From contig CAZAZV010000004.1 of NCBI GenBank assembly GCA_964489845.1, positions 1 to 49,665 of the forward strand: a DNA stretch of 49,665 bases, in the 5' to 3' direction. The notes under the pieces were generated by a model. That model saw only the letters and a program-made list of their open reading frames with translations. It made no database searches and was not told the origin of the DNA. The stretch's first letter is position 1; every line of letters begins with the position of its first letter. Both the position numbers and the translations under genes were made by a program. Positions 36,956-46,646 of this stretch are shown in pieces. The stretch comes from an uncultured Candidatus Saccharibacteria bacterium (GTDB lineage: Bacteria > Patescibacteriota > Minisyncoccia > UBA6257 > GWB1-50-10).

Positions 36956-37558
36956 CTAATCCATTACTACTAAAAACAGTCTCAGGTAAACCGAACCATA
37001 TTCTGGAAGGAACTCTCGCAAAAACGTCTCTTTATTCAGAAGATTCTTCCCATTGTATTCAATAAGGGGCTTCGTTCTTCTCTTTCTCCCCTTGCCCCTT
37101 CTCACTATTACCTTCTTGTCTAAAAACCAATTATGCCCGCAACTATTCCTTATTTCTCTCAACTTGTCTAACTTTTTAAATTCTTTGTTATTGATAATCA
37201 CTAAACTCTCGGCAATTTCAAGCTTGTATCGAAAATCTGTCTTTTTGATATTCTTAAGTATTTTCTTAAACGTTTCAGTTTTAATAAGACTTCTGGGCAC
37301 TCTACGCCTTCTTGCTTTCATTCTAGAAAGATATAGTCTCGCTGTGATTATCTCACTGAGCATATCCTCAATAGCTAATTGGAGTTCAACAACGCAGGCT
37401 CTTATCATCCCGTTCCTCGCAGACTTGAAATTATCGCGACGAAGCTCGGCGTCCTCTTCGTCTAGGTTATATATCGCGCTTTCCAGTTCATCGATATCTC
37501 GTTTTAAGCTCACCGTCTCAGAAATAAGCCTCCGTTCTTTTGCTAATTTCCTAGTCAT
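36956..37558 (-). CDS. putative HEPN/MtlR-like protein
   Basis: Helical; IE.ML...F..KL...IRNSCGH (RxxxxH). Confidence 0.55.
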   Translation of the reverse strand: MTRKLAKERRLISETVSLKRDIDELESAIYNLDEEDAELRRDNFKSARNGMIRACVVELQLAIEDMLSEIITARLYLSRMKARRRRVPRSLIKTETFKKILKNIKKTDFRYKLEIAESLVIINNKEFKKLDKLREIRNSCGHNWFLDKKVIVRRGKGRKRRTKPLIEYNGKNLLNKETFLREFLPEYGSVYLRLFLVVMD

Positions 37559-37596
37559 AGATTTTCCCCTAATTACAATTGGCGTAACCTATTTCG

Positions 37597-38961
37597 TTAA
37601 TTTTGATTTTTATTAACACAACTATCCTCAATCATCTCCTCGACCTTGCATTTCACCTCCTCTAAAAGTTCTTTTGCTTTCTTACGGGATTCGTGGGACT
37701 TGCGGACAAGGTCAGCGATTTTCTGCTGGGTGGATTTGGGAAGAATTGGCACCAGTACTTGGTCAATATTTCCTTTCGGTACAGCAGTTAAAATAGTACC
37801 AGTACATATCCTTTCAAGTTGCATCTGGAATACAATGCTTCCCGCTAGAACCAGCAAAACTTCCGGCAGGATTTCCTTGCTACGGAGTTGGAAAAATCCC
37901 GTTGATGCCAGATATTTTTCCTGCTCTTTTTCCGCTAGTGCTACCTTTTCAAGCGATCCTTCAACACTGGAAACAACAACATCACCACTCCTTAAAACTC
38001 TCTTGGCACGACTTGGCGCTTCTTTGCCCAAAACTTCAGAAAATCCGTCAATCAGTCCGATCGATACATTAATATCCGCCAATTCGACATACTTGTAGGT
38101 TTCATCTTGTTTTGGAATAAACCGCGCCGGCACATTTTCTATAACCTCTGACAACAATCTTACATCTTTTGCTTCCAGTGCAAATACCAACTTCTCATAC
38201 TTCGGCTGGAAATATTCCGCATCCATACGACCAGCGGATTTCACATCGGACAAATTAACGACATTGAATAAATCGTCTTCACTCTTGAAATCTTTCAATC
38301 CCAATTCCTCCAAAAGCAGATTCTCGGCTTGGGAGTAGAGAGACGTTGAATTCTCTACGGCCCTAATCGCCTCTCTGACTACAAAAACTATCTCGTCCTG
38401 CCACTTCGGTATAGGGATAAAAACATTATTCTTTAGCTTATCTAAAGAAATGTGAGTCTGTATCTGCCCCGTTATTTGTCTTAACAGCTGGAACTGACCA
38501 TATTTTGAATTTAGAAATGCCACCAAAAAGTACGGGTTTAGGCTCTTTCGGTCTAATACATGAATTCTTGCAACGTCTTGGTCAATATTCGCTGGCAAGA
38601 TAGCATTGGTAACTAAGCCAATTTCCCCCGTCGTACCAGCAGTAGATATTAAAAGATCGCCCTCTTCAAGAATAGAACGCTTGTTCCTATCGTTGGTTAA
38701 TTTAGATAACTTTTCCGCATCATTATCATTTACAAGCCAAGAAACAACATTCTTCGCCGTGATATGTCGTATGTTGCTCTCAGGATCAATAACATGATAA
38801 CCATGTTGCCCATCGGTTATAAAAGCTATTTCACCAAGTAGTATTTCACCCACATTGACTAATTTTTTTGAAAACTCTAAATATTCCGGCTGATAATATT
38901 CCGCATCAAGCCGGTGCGCGCCTTCAAGTTGAGATTTCTGGATTATGGAATAGGAAATCAT
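37597..38961 (-). CDS. hsdS: restriction-modification specificity (S) subunit, two TRDs
   Basis: Repeated RLDAEYYQP / RMDAEYFQP; FLVAFLNS.YG..Q; IPIP/VPILP followed by coiled coils. Confidence 0.85.
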   Translation of the reverse strand: MISYSIIQKSQLEGAHRLDAEYYQPEYLEFSKKLVNVGEILLGEIAFITDGQHGYHVIDPESNIRHITAKNVVSWLVNDNDAEKLSKLTNDRNKRSILEEGDLLISTAGTTGEIGLVTNAILPANIDQDVARIHVLDRKSLNPYFLVAFLNSKYGQFQLLRQITGQIQTHISLDKLKNNVFIPIPKWQDEIVFVVREAIRAVENSTSLYSQAENLLLEELGLKDFKSEDDLFNVVNLSDVKSAGRMDAEYFQPKYEKLVFALEAKDVRLLSEVIENVPARFIPKQDETYKYVELADINVSIGLIDGFSEVLGKEAPSRAKRVLRSGDVVVSSVEGSLEKVALAEKEQEKYLASTGFFQLRSKEILPEVLLVLAGSIVFQMQLERICTGTILTAVPKGNIDQVLVPILPKSTQQKIADLVRKSHESRKKAKELLEEVKCKVEEMIEDSCVNKNQN

Positions 38962-39377
38962 ATATAAGGGGTGTTCAAATTCGCTCTAATAATTTTTGCA
39001 TCATTGTCGTTTTCCAGAGCAATTCTAGGTTCGCGCTCATATAAACTATTCGACAAACGGATAAGCCTTGCCGCAGAATCTGAGATTGCTCGTCGAGGTC
39101 TCACTAGATCTCTTATGAGGGGTGGGATTTGTTTATAAGCACTTTCTAGTTCACAAGAGAGATCTCTAAGTGCTTTTGAACACTCAAAAATCTCCTCCTT
39201 CGGAGGAAAACCAGGATTCGCAATTATATTCGCATAAAATTTGAGCTTATTGTCGATTTTCCCTCTCGTCGCTCTATAGTTTTGCAATGTCTCGAGGAAG
39301 AACCGTTGGATGATTTGACCAAAAACGAAGGCTAAAGCACCAGAAATAACCGTTTGAAAAACGATATCTTTACCCAT
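38958..39377 (-). CDS. hypothetical protein with N-terminal TM
   Basis: 139 aa; stop overlaps the hsdS start (ATGA). Confidence 0.7.
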   Translation of the reverse strand: MGKDIVFQTVISGALAFVFGQIIQRFFLETLQNYRATRGKIDNKLKFYANIIANPGFPPKEEIFECSKALRDLSCELESAYKQIPPLIRDLVRPRRAISDSAARLIRLSNSLYEREPRIALENDNDAKIIRANLNTPYI

Positions 39378-39381
39378 TTTG

Positions 39382-39930
39382 TTATTGTGTTTCCTGTTGG
39401 ATTCGCGCCTTTAAAGTTAGCCAAATGGTTGTAATACCCTTAGTTATGGAATTGTAATTATTTAAAATTTCCTCTGCCAGGTCACGTAGGTTAGAGAATT
39501 GCTTATCGACCTTCCCTTGATCCATCTCTCCTTTTGATAAAGTCAAAAGACGATGGAAAATCCAATTCCTGGTTTCACTAAACCTCTGTAGTAAATCCAA
39601 AAACGAAAAGCTGTCTGGAAACTCATAATCACTCAACATACCACGTAGGTGTCCCAATGTTTTCGGTGCTCCCACCTTCGCGGTGCCTTTAGATTTCACA
39701 AAAACCACAGCATTGAGATAACGGTAAGAAAGCAAGAAAATCATCTGTTGCAAGTTCTCTAATAAATTGTTCGTAAGATACTCGACAAGGTTAGTATAAA
39801 TGACTATTGAAGACATTATTCCCTCAAGCGTACCACCCTCTCTTTGTTGACGAGCTAAATTGAGAGAACTATTAATATAACCGACATTGTCGTGCTCAAA
39901 AGGAATATATTCTTCGATAAGGTTTTTCAT
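39382..39930 (-). CDS. putative HEPN-like protein
   Basis: TLG.L...RNWIFH (RxxxxH); helical. Confidence 0.55.
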   Translation of the reverse strand: MKNLIEEYIPFEHDNVGYINSSLNLARQQREGGTLEGIMSSIVIYTNLVEYLTNNLLENLQQMIFLLSYRYLNAVVFVKSKGTAKVGAPKTLGHLRGMLSDYEFPDSFSFLDLLQRFSETRNWIFHRLLTLSKGEMDQGKVDKQFSNLRDLAEEILNNYNSITKGITTIWLTLKARIQQETQ

Positions 39931-39983
39931 AATTATCTCGAGTGCGTTTTATCTTATTTCTACCCCATTTCTCAGACTTTTAG

Positions 39984-39992
39984 TTATCCACA
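39984..39992 (+). promoter_or_regulatory. DnaA box / REP arm fragment
   Basis: TTATCCACA within AGTTATCCACAG. Confidence 0.6.
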
Positions 39993-40032
39993 GGAAACTT
40001 GCTTGACATCGTCCTGGCTGTTACAATGATTA

Positions 40033-40080
40033 AGCGAGTATCGAGAAAGGGCGTCGACCGTTCGGACGATGGCCCTTTTT
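40033..40080 (+). ncRNA. candidate small RNA convergent with the DUF3800 gene
   Basis: TTGCTT-17-TACAAT promoter with extended TG (39999-40027); hairpin AAAGGGC-GTCG...CGAT-GGCCCTTTTT; no + strand ORF. Confidence 0.5.
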
Positions 40081-40087
40081 CATTTGT

Positions 40088-40873
40088 TTAGATAAGCCTC
40101 TGTCTCGCATCTTTATCTATAAAAATATTAAACATATAGTTTCTAAATCCTCCGTCTACTTCCAAAAGATTCTTACCTTTCATTCCGATATTTTCCTTAA
40201 AGCGCTCCAAAAATCTCCTCTTGTATTTATCGCCAGACAATATAACGTCCGAAGCTAACTTCAAATCGTAGTTAATCGCACCGACTATAAGGTCAGCGAG
40301 TTGTAGTAGATCATTTGATTTTGAATCGAAACGCGCAACACCAGTCACCGCCAGTCTGTCAAATTTCTCATTAATTTTGCGCTTCACATCAACTTCAAAC
40401 CTCACGTTACTGGGGACGGTTATATAATCTGCTATAACAATAATTATTTCATTTTTTGAAATGTTTGATTCTAAAACCCTTATCGAGATATCTTCATACG
40501 CTTTCCATGGATTACCACTAAATTCCCGATTGAAATAGTCTCCCTGCTTATCAAGTGAATACGAGGAGAATGAAACACTTCGGGTAGAAAAGAGGGAATC
40601 GAGAGCAAATTCAGCAAATCCGAAATTGTTTTTTGAAAGCTTGTTGAATTTCATTTCATCATGAAAATTCCTCTTATTCCTTTCATAACCAATCCTGCTC
40701 TGAAGATAATAAGGTTGAGAACATTTAATGAAACCGACTGTAAAGAATGGGTCTTTGGGATTGCTCAAACTCCCGCTCTCATCAAGGAAATAAAACTTCG
40801 TCCAGATATTCTTATAATCAGCTAGACTTAATAATGATGTTTCGTCTTCCTTCATGGGAATTCTTCCAAACAT
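40088..40873 (-). CDS. DUF3800 domain protein (RNase H-like fold)
   Basis: FLDESG, E.KF, DSK...LLQLADLIVGAI. Confidence 0.85.
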   Translation of the reverse strand: MFGRIPMKEDETSLLSLADYKNIWTKFYFLDESGSLSNPKDPFFTVGFIKCSQPYYLQSRIGYERNKRNFHDEMKFNKLSKNNFGFAEFALDSLFSTRSVSFSSYSLDKQGDYFNREFSGNPWKAYEDISIRVLESNISKNEIIIVIADYITVPSNVRFEVDVKRKINEKFDRLAVTGVARFDSKSNDLLQLADLIVGAINYDLKLASDVILSGDKYKRRFLERFKENIGMKGKNLLEVDGGFRNYMFNIFIDKDARQRLI

Positions 40874-40892
40874 ATTGTGTATGCCTCTAAAT

Positions 40893-42845
40893 CTAAAATT
40901 TTAATCCTTGTTCTTCTGTAAATTTCACAAACTCATCCGCGATTTCATCCAAATCGTGATCCAGCACTCGCCGGCCTTTCATATCGTGAACATAGTTTCC
41001 ATCTTTGTCTTTCTTATAAATATAATCCCCCGACGTATCCTTACCCGATTTCTTGGAAGTAGCCATAAAGATGGGGTAATCCTCCTGCGGTTCGCCCGCT
41101 GCGCCGCCCCACTTCTCAAGGAAAAGCACACTCGTTTTCGTCCCGGTGTGCGGTTTAAATGTGTTCCCGTGCAAGCCGACAACTGCAAGTATACGTGCTT
41201 TGCTAAAAAGATATTTGCGGACATATTCCATGTTCGTGTTGTTGAGAACCCCCTGCGGGAGCACGATGGCAAGCCGTCCGCCCGGCTTGAGCATGTCGAG
41301 CGTGCGCTCGATGAAGAGAATGTGGCGCTCGATGTTATTCCGGAGCTTCCCTCCATCCTTCCGCGCGAGCTCGTACTGGCGCAAGAGGCCCTGCTCCGGA
41401 TTCTCCCCGGCAAAGGGTGGATTGGTAAATAGTAAATCGAAATCTAGGTGTCGATATGTAAGCCTGTTGTCCTTCTCGCTCTCGGTATTCTCAAAACGGT
41501 GCAGTAAACCTTTGAGCGCAACGCGCGCGTCTTCCGCCTCGTCTCCCGTCCATTCGCGCGCATCAAGGGAATCTCTCTTGAAAATGTGATGCTTGCCATC
41601 CCCGGCTATGAGCATCAATGCCTGCGATATGCGGCGCATATTGTAGTCAAAATCAATGCCGTAGAGAAATTTCGACGCGTAGTCCTTCCGCGCGGCCTCG
41701 GTCTTGAGAAGCTTATCCCAGACGTGATACATCGTGTGGAGGAGGAAACCGCCAGAGCCGCACGCGGGATCAATGATGTGTTCTATCTCCTTGGGATTCA
41801 ACATCCTCACGCACATCTTGATGACATGGCGTGGCGTGAAATACTGACCCTTCTTGCCCTTAGAAACCTCGGCGATTAAGTACTCAAATGCCTGATCAAC
41901 AAGCTCGTACTCTCCCTGACCAAGCTCGAAGAGTCGGATATTCTCCATGAGCGGCGCGCAGATGTTGAGACGCGCCGGCGTCAATTTGATTCTGTCGGAC
42001 GGCTCGAACGTATCCGGCCACTCTTTCACTGCTTCCCGGAAGAGATCATTCACGACATCGTAGGTCCGTTGAGAATCTTTATAACCCCTGAAAAGCACTT
42101 CCTGCCCGGGGCGCCGCTCCCGCGCCAGTTTCTCATCGTAAAGTTTCGCATAGATAAGTTTGAACGCTTCCTCGAAAACATTAGCGCCGGACCCTGCGAG
42201 CGCGAGTTCCTCAATACGTTTCACGATTTTCACGAAGTCGAACTTCGGCGCTAGGTCATTCCATGTTCTCTTTATCTCGAACAAATCGTCGATGGTTTGG
42301 TCGACGGTCGGGATTGCCGCCAACGCTTCATACTCGCGGGGGTATGGGCGATAGAGAGTAACCTTATCGATACCATTTGACCACACACCTATCTCCGAAC
42401 CTTCCGCAGAAAGATAACTCTTCAACTGTTCAATTCCTTTCTTCTCGGTCGGGCTTTTCACTTCGATAATGATGTACGGCGTTATCTTGTCTTTCTTGTA
42501 CACTACAACATCCGCTGCCTTCGCGTGAATCTCCCTGCCAAAGTGAATACTTTTCTCCGTTTCGATGCGCTCGAACGGATACTTATAATCCGTGTGTAAC
42601 TTGTTGAGCCACAGCTGGCGTATGATTTCTTCCGGCTTCCCTTTCTGCTTCGCCTCGTCAAACACAACGCGGTAGCTACCGGATTTGAGATCTTTGATAT
42701 AAAACTTGCCGCGTTCTTTCTCAATAATTTCGAGCACGCTTTCAAAATCCACGCTCTCAAACTCCTTGAGGCCGTAAGCCATTTCGGTATCGCGAAACAC
42801 TTTCCCGATTACCTCGCCTGTTACATTTGGTTTCTTCGTTGGCAT
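40893..42845 (-). CDS. fused restriction endonuclease (HsdR_N-like) / N6-adenine methyltransferase
   Basis: PEEIIRQ, AD.VVY...IIIEVK nuclease motif; GQYFTPR, DPACGSGGFL, NPPF. Confidence 0.9.
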   Translation of the reverse strand: MPTKKPNVTGEVIGKVFRDTEMAYGLKEFESVDFESVLEIIEKERGKFYIKDLKSGSYRVVFDEAKQKGKPEEIIRQLWLNKLHTDYKYPFERIETEKSIHFGREIHAKAADVVVYKKDKITPYIIIEVKSPTEKKGIEQLKSYLSAEGSEIGVWSNGIDKVTLYRPYPREYEALAAIPTVDQTIDDLFEIKRTWNDLAPKFDFVKIVKRIEELALAGSGANVFEEAFKLIYAKLYDEKLARERRPGQEVLFRGYKDSQRTYDVVNDLFREAVKEWPDTFEPSDRIKLTPARLNICAPLMENIRLFELGQGEYELVDQAFEYLIAEVSKGKKGQYFTPRHVIKMCVRMLNPKEIEHIIDPACGSGGFLLHTMYHVWDKLLKTEAARKDYASKFLYGIDFDYNMRRISQALMLIAGDGKHHIFKRDSLDAREWTGDEAEDARVALKGLLHRFENTESEKDNRLTYRHLDFDLLFTNPPFAGENPEQGLLRQYELARKDGGKLRNNIERHILFIERTLDMLKPGGRLAIVLPQGVLNNTNMEYVRKYLFSKARILAVVGLHGNTFKPHTGTKTSVLFLEKWGGAAGEPQEDYPIFMATSKKSGKDTSGDYIYKKDKDGNYVHDMKGRRVLDHDLDEIADEFVKFTEEQGLKF

Positions 42846-42846
42846 A

Positions 42847-43485
42847 TTATTTCACCGGCCGCCACTGCTCATTATTCAACACCGCGACAACCTTACCGGC
42901 TAAACGTGTCTCTTCTGTAAAGAGAATATTTTCATAGTTGGGATTTTCCGGTTTGAGATAAACGTACGGTGGTTTATCTTCCGACATAAAACGTTTCACG
43001 GTCGCGTTCCCCTCACAATGCGCGAGAACAATGTCACCCGAAATAAATTCTTTCTCATCTTTCACGAGCACCACATCACCGTCGGCAATACCGGCATTAA
43101 TCATCGAGTCACCCGAAATTTTGAGGAGGAAAACATTGTCCCTGAACCTCGCAACCTCATGAGAAACTTGCTGCCACATTCCCGCTTGCTCAATCGCTTC
43201 AATCGGACTACCGGCGCTCGTCACGCCAAGAAACGGCGCGAGCGGCCGCTTATCAAGCAATTTATATCCAAGCGGCAGTATCTGGATTCCCCGCGCTTGA
43301 GCCTCTTGTCTCCTAATCGCTCCAACTTTTTCGAGCTTCTCCAGAAGCTCCAATACTGATTGATTGGATACCACATCAAGCTCACCCCTCATCTCCTGAA
43401 GTGTCGGAGGAAAACCAGTACTGCTCACGTGCCGATAAATAAGTGTCAAAAGCTCCGCTTGTCGCTCAGTTACCACACTTTCCAT
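42847..43485 (-). CDS. lexA: LexA family repressor
   Basis: TERQ...PPTLQE HTH; SAG cleavage site; GDSM (Ser) and TVKR (Lys) dyad. Confidence 0.9.
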   Translation of the reverse strand: MESVVTERQAELLTLIYRHVSSTGFPPTLQEMRGELDVVSNQSVLELLEKLEKVGAIRRQEAQARGIQILPLGYKLLDKRPLAPFLGVTSAGSPIEAIEQAGMWQQVSHEVARFRDNVFLLKISGDSMINAGIADGDVVLVKDEKEFISGDIVLAHCEGNATVKRFMSEDKPPYVYLKPENPNYENILFTEETRLAGKVVAVLNNEQWRPVK

Positions 43486-43492
43486 ACAACTA

Positions 43493-43521
43493 ATAATACC
43501 CGACCAAATGGTCAGGTACAA
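43493..43521 (-). promoter_or_regulatory. lexA promoter with candidate operator in the spacer
   Basis: TTGTAC-17-TATTAT-7-ATG; GACCA-AA-TGGTC palindrome at 43502-43513. Confidence 0.65.
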
Positions 43522-43529
43522 TACCACAG

Positions 43530-43539
43530 CTGTGGATAA
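43530..43539 (-). promoter_or_regulatory. DnaA box / REP arm fragment
   Basis: CTGTGGATAA between the rarA stop and the lexA promoter. Confidence 0.6.
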
Positions 43540-43542
43540 TTT

Positions 43543-44724
43543 CTATTTATCCTCCAGGTACTTCCGTCCTCGGAGCTCGTCCGGGAGGAGGTCGTCCCGG
43601 GTGTAGCGCTCATAGCCCTCGCCGTAGCGGAGCTCGCGCATCAGTTTCGTGACGGCATTCCGGATTTTGAGAGGTATGGGCAGGTTTCCGTGCTTTTTCA
43701 CGTCGTCTACGGCCGCGAAGTACGCGTTATACGACGCCCGGCTCTTGGGAGCCAAAGCGAGATAATTCGCTCCGTGTGCGAGGTTGATTGCGCACTCCGG
43801 GTAACCGATGATTTCCACAGCGCGGAACACGTCGTCTGCGACCAAGAGGGCCTTCGGGTCGGCGAGTCCCACATCCTCGGAAGCAAAAATGACCATACGG
43901 CGCGCGATAAACTTCGGGTCCTCCCCCGCCTCCACCATCCGCGCGAGGTAGTAGAGGGCGGCGTCGGGCTGACTCGCCCGCATTGATTTGATAAACGCGG
44001 AGATGGTGTTGTAGTGCTCCTCCGCCTTCTTGTCGTAGCGGAGAAACTTGGACTGGAGCGTGTTCTTCAAGGACTCGACGGTAATCTCGCCGTAGAATTC
44101 GTGCGCGTTCTCAAGGAGCGTAATCGCCTGACGTGCGTCGCCGTTCGCCATCCCGATAAGCCAGTCCTCCGCGTCGGAAGACATCTTGAGCTTCGTCCGG
44201 CGGACAATTGCGCGCATCTCGTCTTCGGAGAGCTCGTTCAAAACGAAAACGCGGCAGCGCGAGAGAAGCGGCGCAATCACTTCAAACGACGGGTTTTCCG
44301 TCGTTGCGCCGATTAAGGTCAAGGCCCCGCTCTCGACGTACGGCAGGAGGAAATCCTGCTGGGCCTTGTTGAACCGGTGAATCTCGTCCAAGAAGAGAAT
44401 CTTTGGCTTCACGCTCCCCTGCTTCACGAACAGATTGTTCCCCACAGGGCCCGCGCCGAGAATACGCTTGACATCATCCTTCCCCGCCGAGACGGCGGAG
44501 AGCTCTGAAAGAGCGGCGTCAAGATTCTTCGCGTAGATTTTCGCCAAAGTCGTCTTGCCGCACCCGGGCGGACCCCAGAGGATGAAGGAAAAGAGATGCC
44601 GCTTTTCAATCGCGATGCGGAGTGGCTTCCCCGCGCCCACGAGGTGCTCCTGGCCCACGAATTCGTCGAGGGTTTTCGGTCGTATCCGGGAAGCGAGCGG
44701 CTCCGTATCCTTAAGGGAACTCAT
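43543..44724 (-). CDS. rarA: replication-associated recombination protein A
   Basis: [46 protein letters not shown]. Confidence 0.96.
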   Translation of the reverse strand: MSSLKDTEPLASRIRPKTLDEFVGQEHLVGAGKPLRIAIEKRHLFSFILWGPPGCGKTTLAKIYAKNLDAALSELSAVSAGKDDVKRILGAGPVGNNLFVKQGSVKPKILFLDEIHRFNKAQQDFLLPYVESGALTLIGATTENPSFEVIAPLLSRCRVFVLNELSEDEMRAIVRRTKLKMSSDAEDWLIGMANGDARQAITLLENAHEFYGEITVESLKNTLQSKFLRYDKKAEEHYNTISAFIKSMRASQPDAALYYLARMVEAGEDPKFIARRMVIFASEDVGLADPKALLVADDVFRAVEIIGYPECAINLAHGANYLALAPKSRASYNAYFAAVDDVKKHGNLPIPLKIRNAVTKLMRELRYGEGYERYTRDDLLPDELRGRKYLEDK

Positions 44725-44760
44725 CTAAAAATCGTACCCCCGAGAGGAGGTGAACGCAAA

Positions 44761-44791
44761 AGAAAGCCGCCCTTGGAGAGAGCGGCTTTCT
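44761..44791. terminator. intrinsic terminator
   Basis: AGAAAGCCGC...GCGGCTTTCT. Confidence 0.7.
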
Positions 44792-44812
44792 TATGTCACG
44801 CAGAATCGCGCA

Positions 44813-45595
44813 TTAGAATCCGAAGAGGTGTTGGAAGAACCCGAAAATCGTTCCGAAGATGCCGCGCCGCTTGGGCTCACCGGGAAGCGGCTTCGCCGTT
44901 TGGTCGTGTACCGATGAGGCGACGACGGACGTTCCCGTCACCGTCCCCTGCACGAGGACCTGGTCTCCCACCTTCACGCTCGAGAGCGTCGAGGTCGCGT
45001 TGCCGCTTGTCACCGTCGCGCCCGAAGCGTCAACCGTGTACGTCGCGTTGCTCGCGTTCGTGAGCGTGATGGTTGAGCCGCTCACCGCTTTCACCGTACC
45101 GCCTACGACTGGCTGCCCGTTCCCCTGGAACGCGGGGTTCGCCTGCCACCCCTGCCACGTCGAGGTTGCCCGGCCCCGGTCGCCCATGGGCCGCTGCGGC
45201 ATGCCGTCGCGAATCGTCGTCGCCGAAACCGCCGTGCCGCTCACCGTTCCCTGCACCGCGACCGTGTCGCCCACCGCAACCGCGGCAAGCGTCGAGGTTG
45301 CGTTGTTCTTCAAAACGGTCGCCTTCGAGGCGTCAACCGTATACGTCGTCGCCGTCGCATTCGGACCGAAGCCCCTACTCGCGAGCGTGAGCGTCGTGCC
45401 GCTTATGGCTGACACCGTCCCGAACACCCCATGCATGCCCCCGCGACCGAACGCCCAATGAGTGCCCTTGCCGCCCACATTCGTCGGTCCCGCCGCGCTC
45501 GCCACGGCGCTGAAGACGAGGAATCCCACGATAGCAACGCTCCCCACGGCGAACACCACCGTATGCTTTATCTCTTGCTTCATAAGAACGCGCAT
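44813..45595 (-). CDS. secreted protein with two DUF5666-like repeats
   Basis: Duplicated GTV.A.SG.T.TL...TYTVDAS.ATV...VGD.V.VQGTV.GT. Confidence 0.8.
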   Translation of the reverse strand: MRVLMKQEIKHTVVFAVGSVAIVGFLVFSAVASAAGPTNVGGKGTHWAFGRGGMHGVFGTVSAISGTTLTLASRGFGPNATATTYTVDASKATVLKNNATSTLAAVAVGDTVAVQGTVSGTAVSATTIRDGMPQRPMGDRGRATSTWQGWQANPAFQGNGQPVVGGTVKAVSGSTITLTNASNATYTVDASGATVTSGNATSTLSSVKVGDQVLVQGTVTGTSVVASSVHDQTAKPLPGEPKRRGIFGTIFGFFQHLFGF

Positions 45596-45653
45596 AAAAG
45601 TTTGTGTCTTTGACCTTTGACACTTCTAATACATCGGGCAGGCGGAAATTATT

Positions 45654-46148
45654 TCACGCCGCGGAGCGGTACCGTTTGAAGATGAAACGGTCGAGACCAA
45701 GGCGTCCGGCGCCGTGCCCCGCGACGAGGAGAAGCACCTGGAGGACGAGGAGAATGGGATTCACACTCACGGTCCCGGCGAAAAGGTAGTTCAGGTTCAT
45801 AAACGCGCCAAAGAATGCCGCGATGCTCGTGAAAAGCCCGAGGACGAGTGCGACGCCAACCGCGAGCTCGCCGAACGTAACGAGGTATGAAATCGCGACC
45901 GGATGCACGAGCGCGACGTGCTGTATGAAGTACGCGTACCAGCCCGACACGTCTGGATGAGCCCCCGCCGCTTTCGTGAGCGCACTCGTAAGAAATCCGT
46001 GGATGGCCGTCCCGGCGCTGCTTCCCACCCACGCGGGGCTATGCAGCTTCTCCCATCCCGCCGCGAGCCACTCATAAGCGACGTAGAGGCGGACGGCGAG
46101 CCACACCCACGCGAAACGCGCACTCACGAATATTTCCATACCATTCAT
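45654..46148 (-). CDS. DoxX family membrane protein
   Basis: RLY.AYEWL.AGWEK, GELAVG.AL.LG, MNLNYLFAG; start may be 46139. Confidence 0.88.
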   Translation of the reverse strand: MNGMEIFVSARFAWVWLAVRLYVAYEWLAAGWEKLHSPAWVGSSAGTAIHGFLTSALTKAAGAHPDVSGWYAYFIQHVALVHPVAISYLVTFGELAVGVALVLGLFTSIAAFFGAFMNLNYLFAGTVSVNPILLVLQVLLLVAGHGAGRLGLDRFIFKRYRSAA

Positions 46149-46169
46149 TGTAGCTATAATGAAACTATC

Positions 46170-46646
46170 ATGAAAGGAAGAAGATTGCTCATCACGATTC
46201 CGTTCCTCGCGGTCATCGCGCTCGCCATATGGTTCTGGACGCGCGCCCAGGACGCGACGGGGTACTTCGGTCTCCCCGTCGTCTCATGTGTCGATTCGAC
46301 CGAGTCGATAGCGCAAACCTTCGCGTTCCGCCTGCAACTCACGGTAAACGGCGTAAACGTCCCGCTCGGCGCTTCCATCGGCCACGACCCGGGGAAATGC
46401 ATCCGCGAAATCCATACGGATGACGGGAGCGGCACGGTGAACGTGCGGAGCAACAGCGCGACGGAACAGTTCACGCTCGGAGAATTCTTCGACGTCTGGC
46501 ACAAGCAATTCACCGCGACTGATTTCATGGGGCACCCTATCGGCAACGGGCACGGCGTGAGCGTGTCAGTAAACGGCACGGCAGTCACGACGGGCGCACA
46601 GACATTTCTCCACCCGAACGACGTCGTCACCGTCTCCTACGACTGA
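46170..46646 (+). CDS. hypothetical single-TM protein
   Basis: MKGRRLL.. TM; IHTDDGSG, FTLGEFFDVW. Confidence 0.75.
   Translation: MKGRRLLITIPFLAVIALAIWFWTRAQDATGYFGLPVVSCVDSTESIAQTFAFRLQLTVNGVNVPLGASIGHDPGKCIREIHTDDGSGTVNVRSNSATEQFTLGEFFDVWHKQFTATDFMGHPIGNGHGVSVSVNGTAVTTGAQTFLHPNDVVTVSYD

Noticed and set aside
37597-38961. Invertible hsdS shufflon
   Set aside because: Internal repeats are direct, diverged conserved regions; no recombinase or silent TRDs
44813-45595. Internal DNA repeats as a DGR template/variable pair
   Set aside because: Explained by tandem protein domains; no reverse transcriptase in the window
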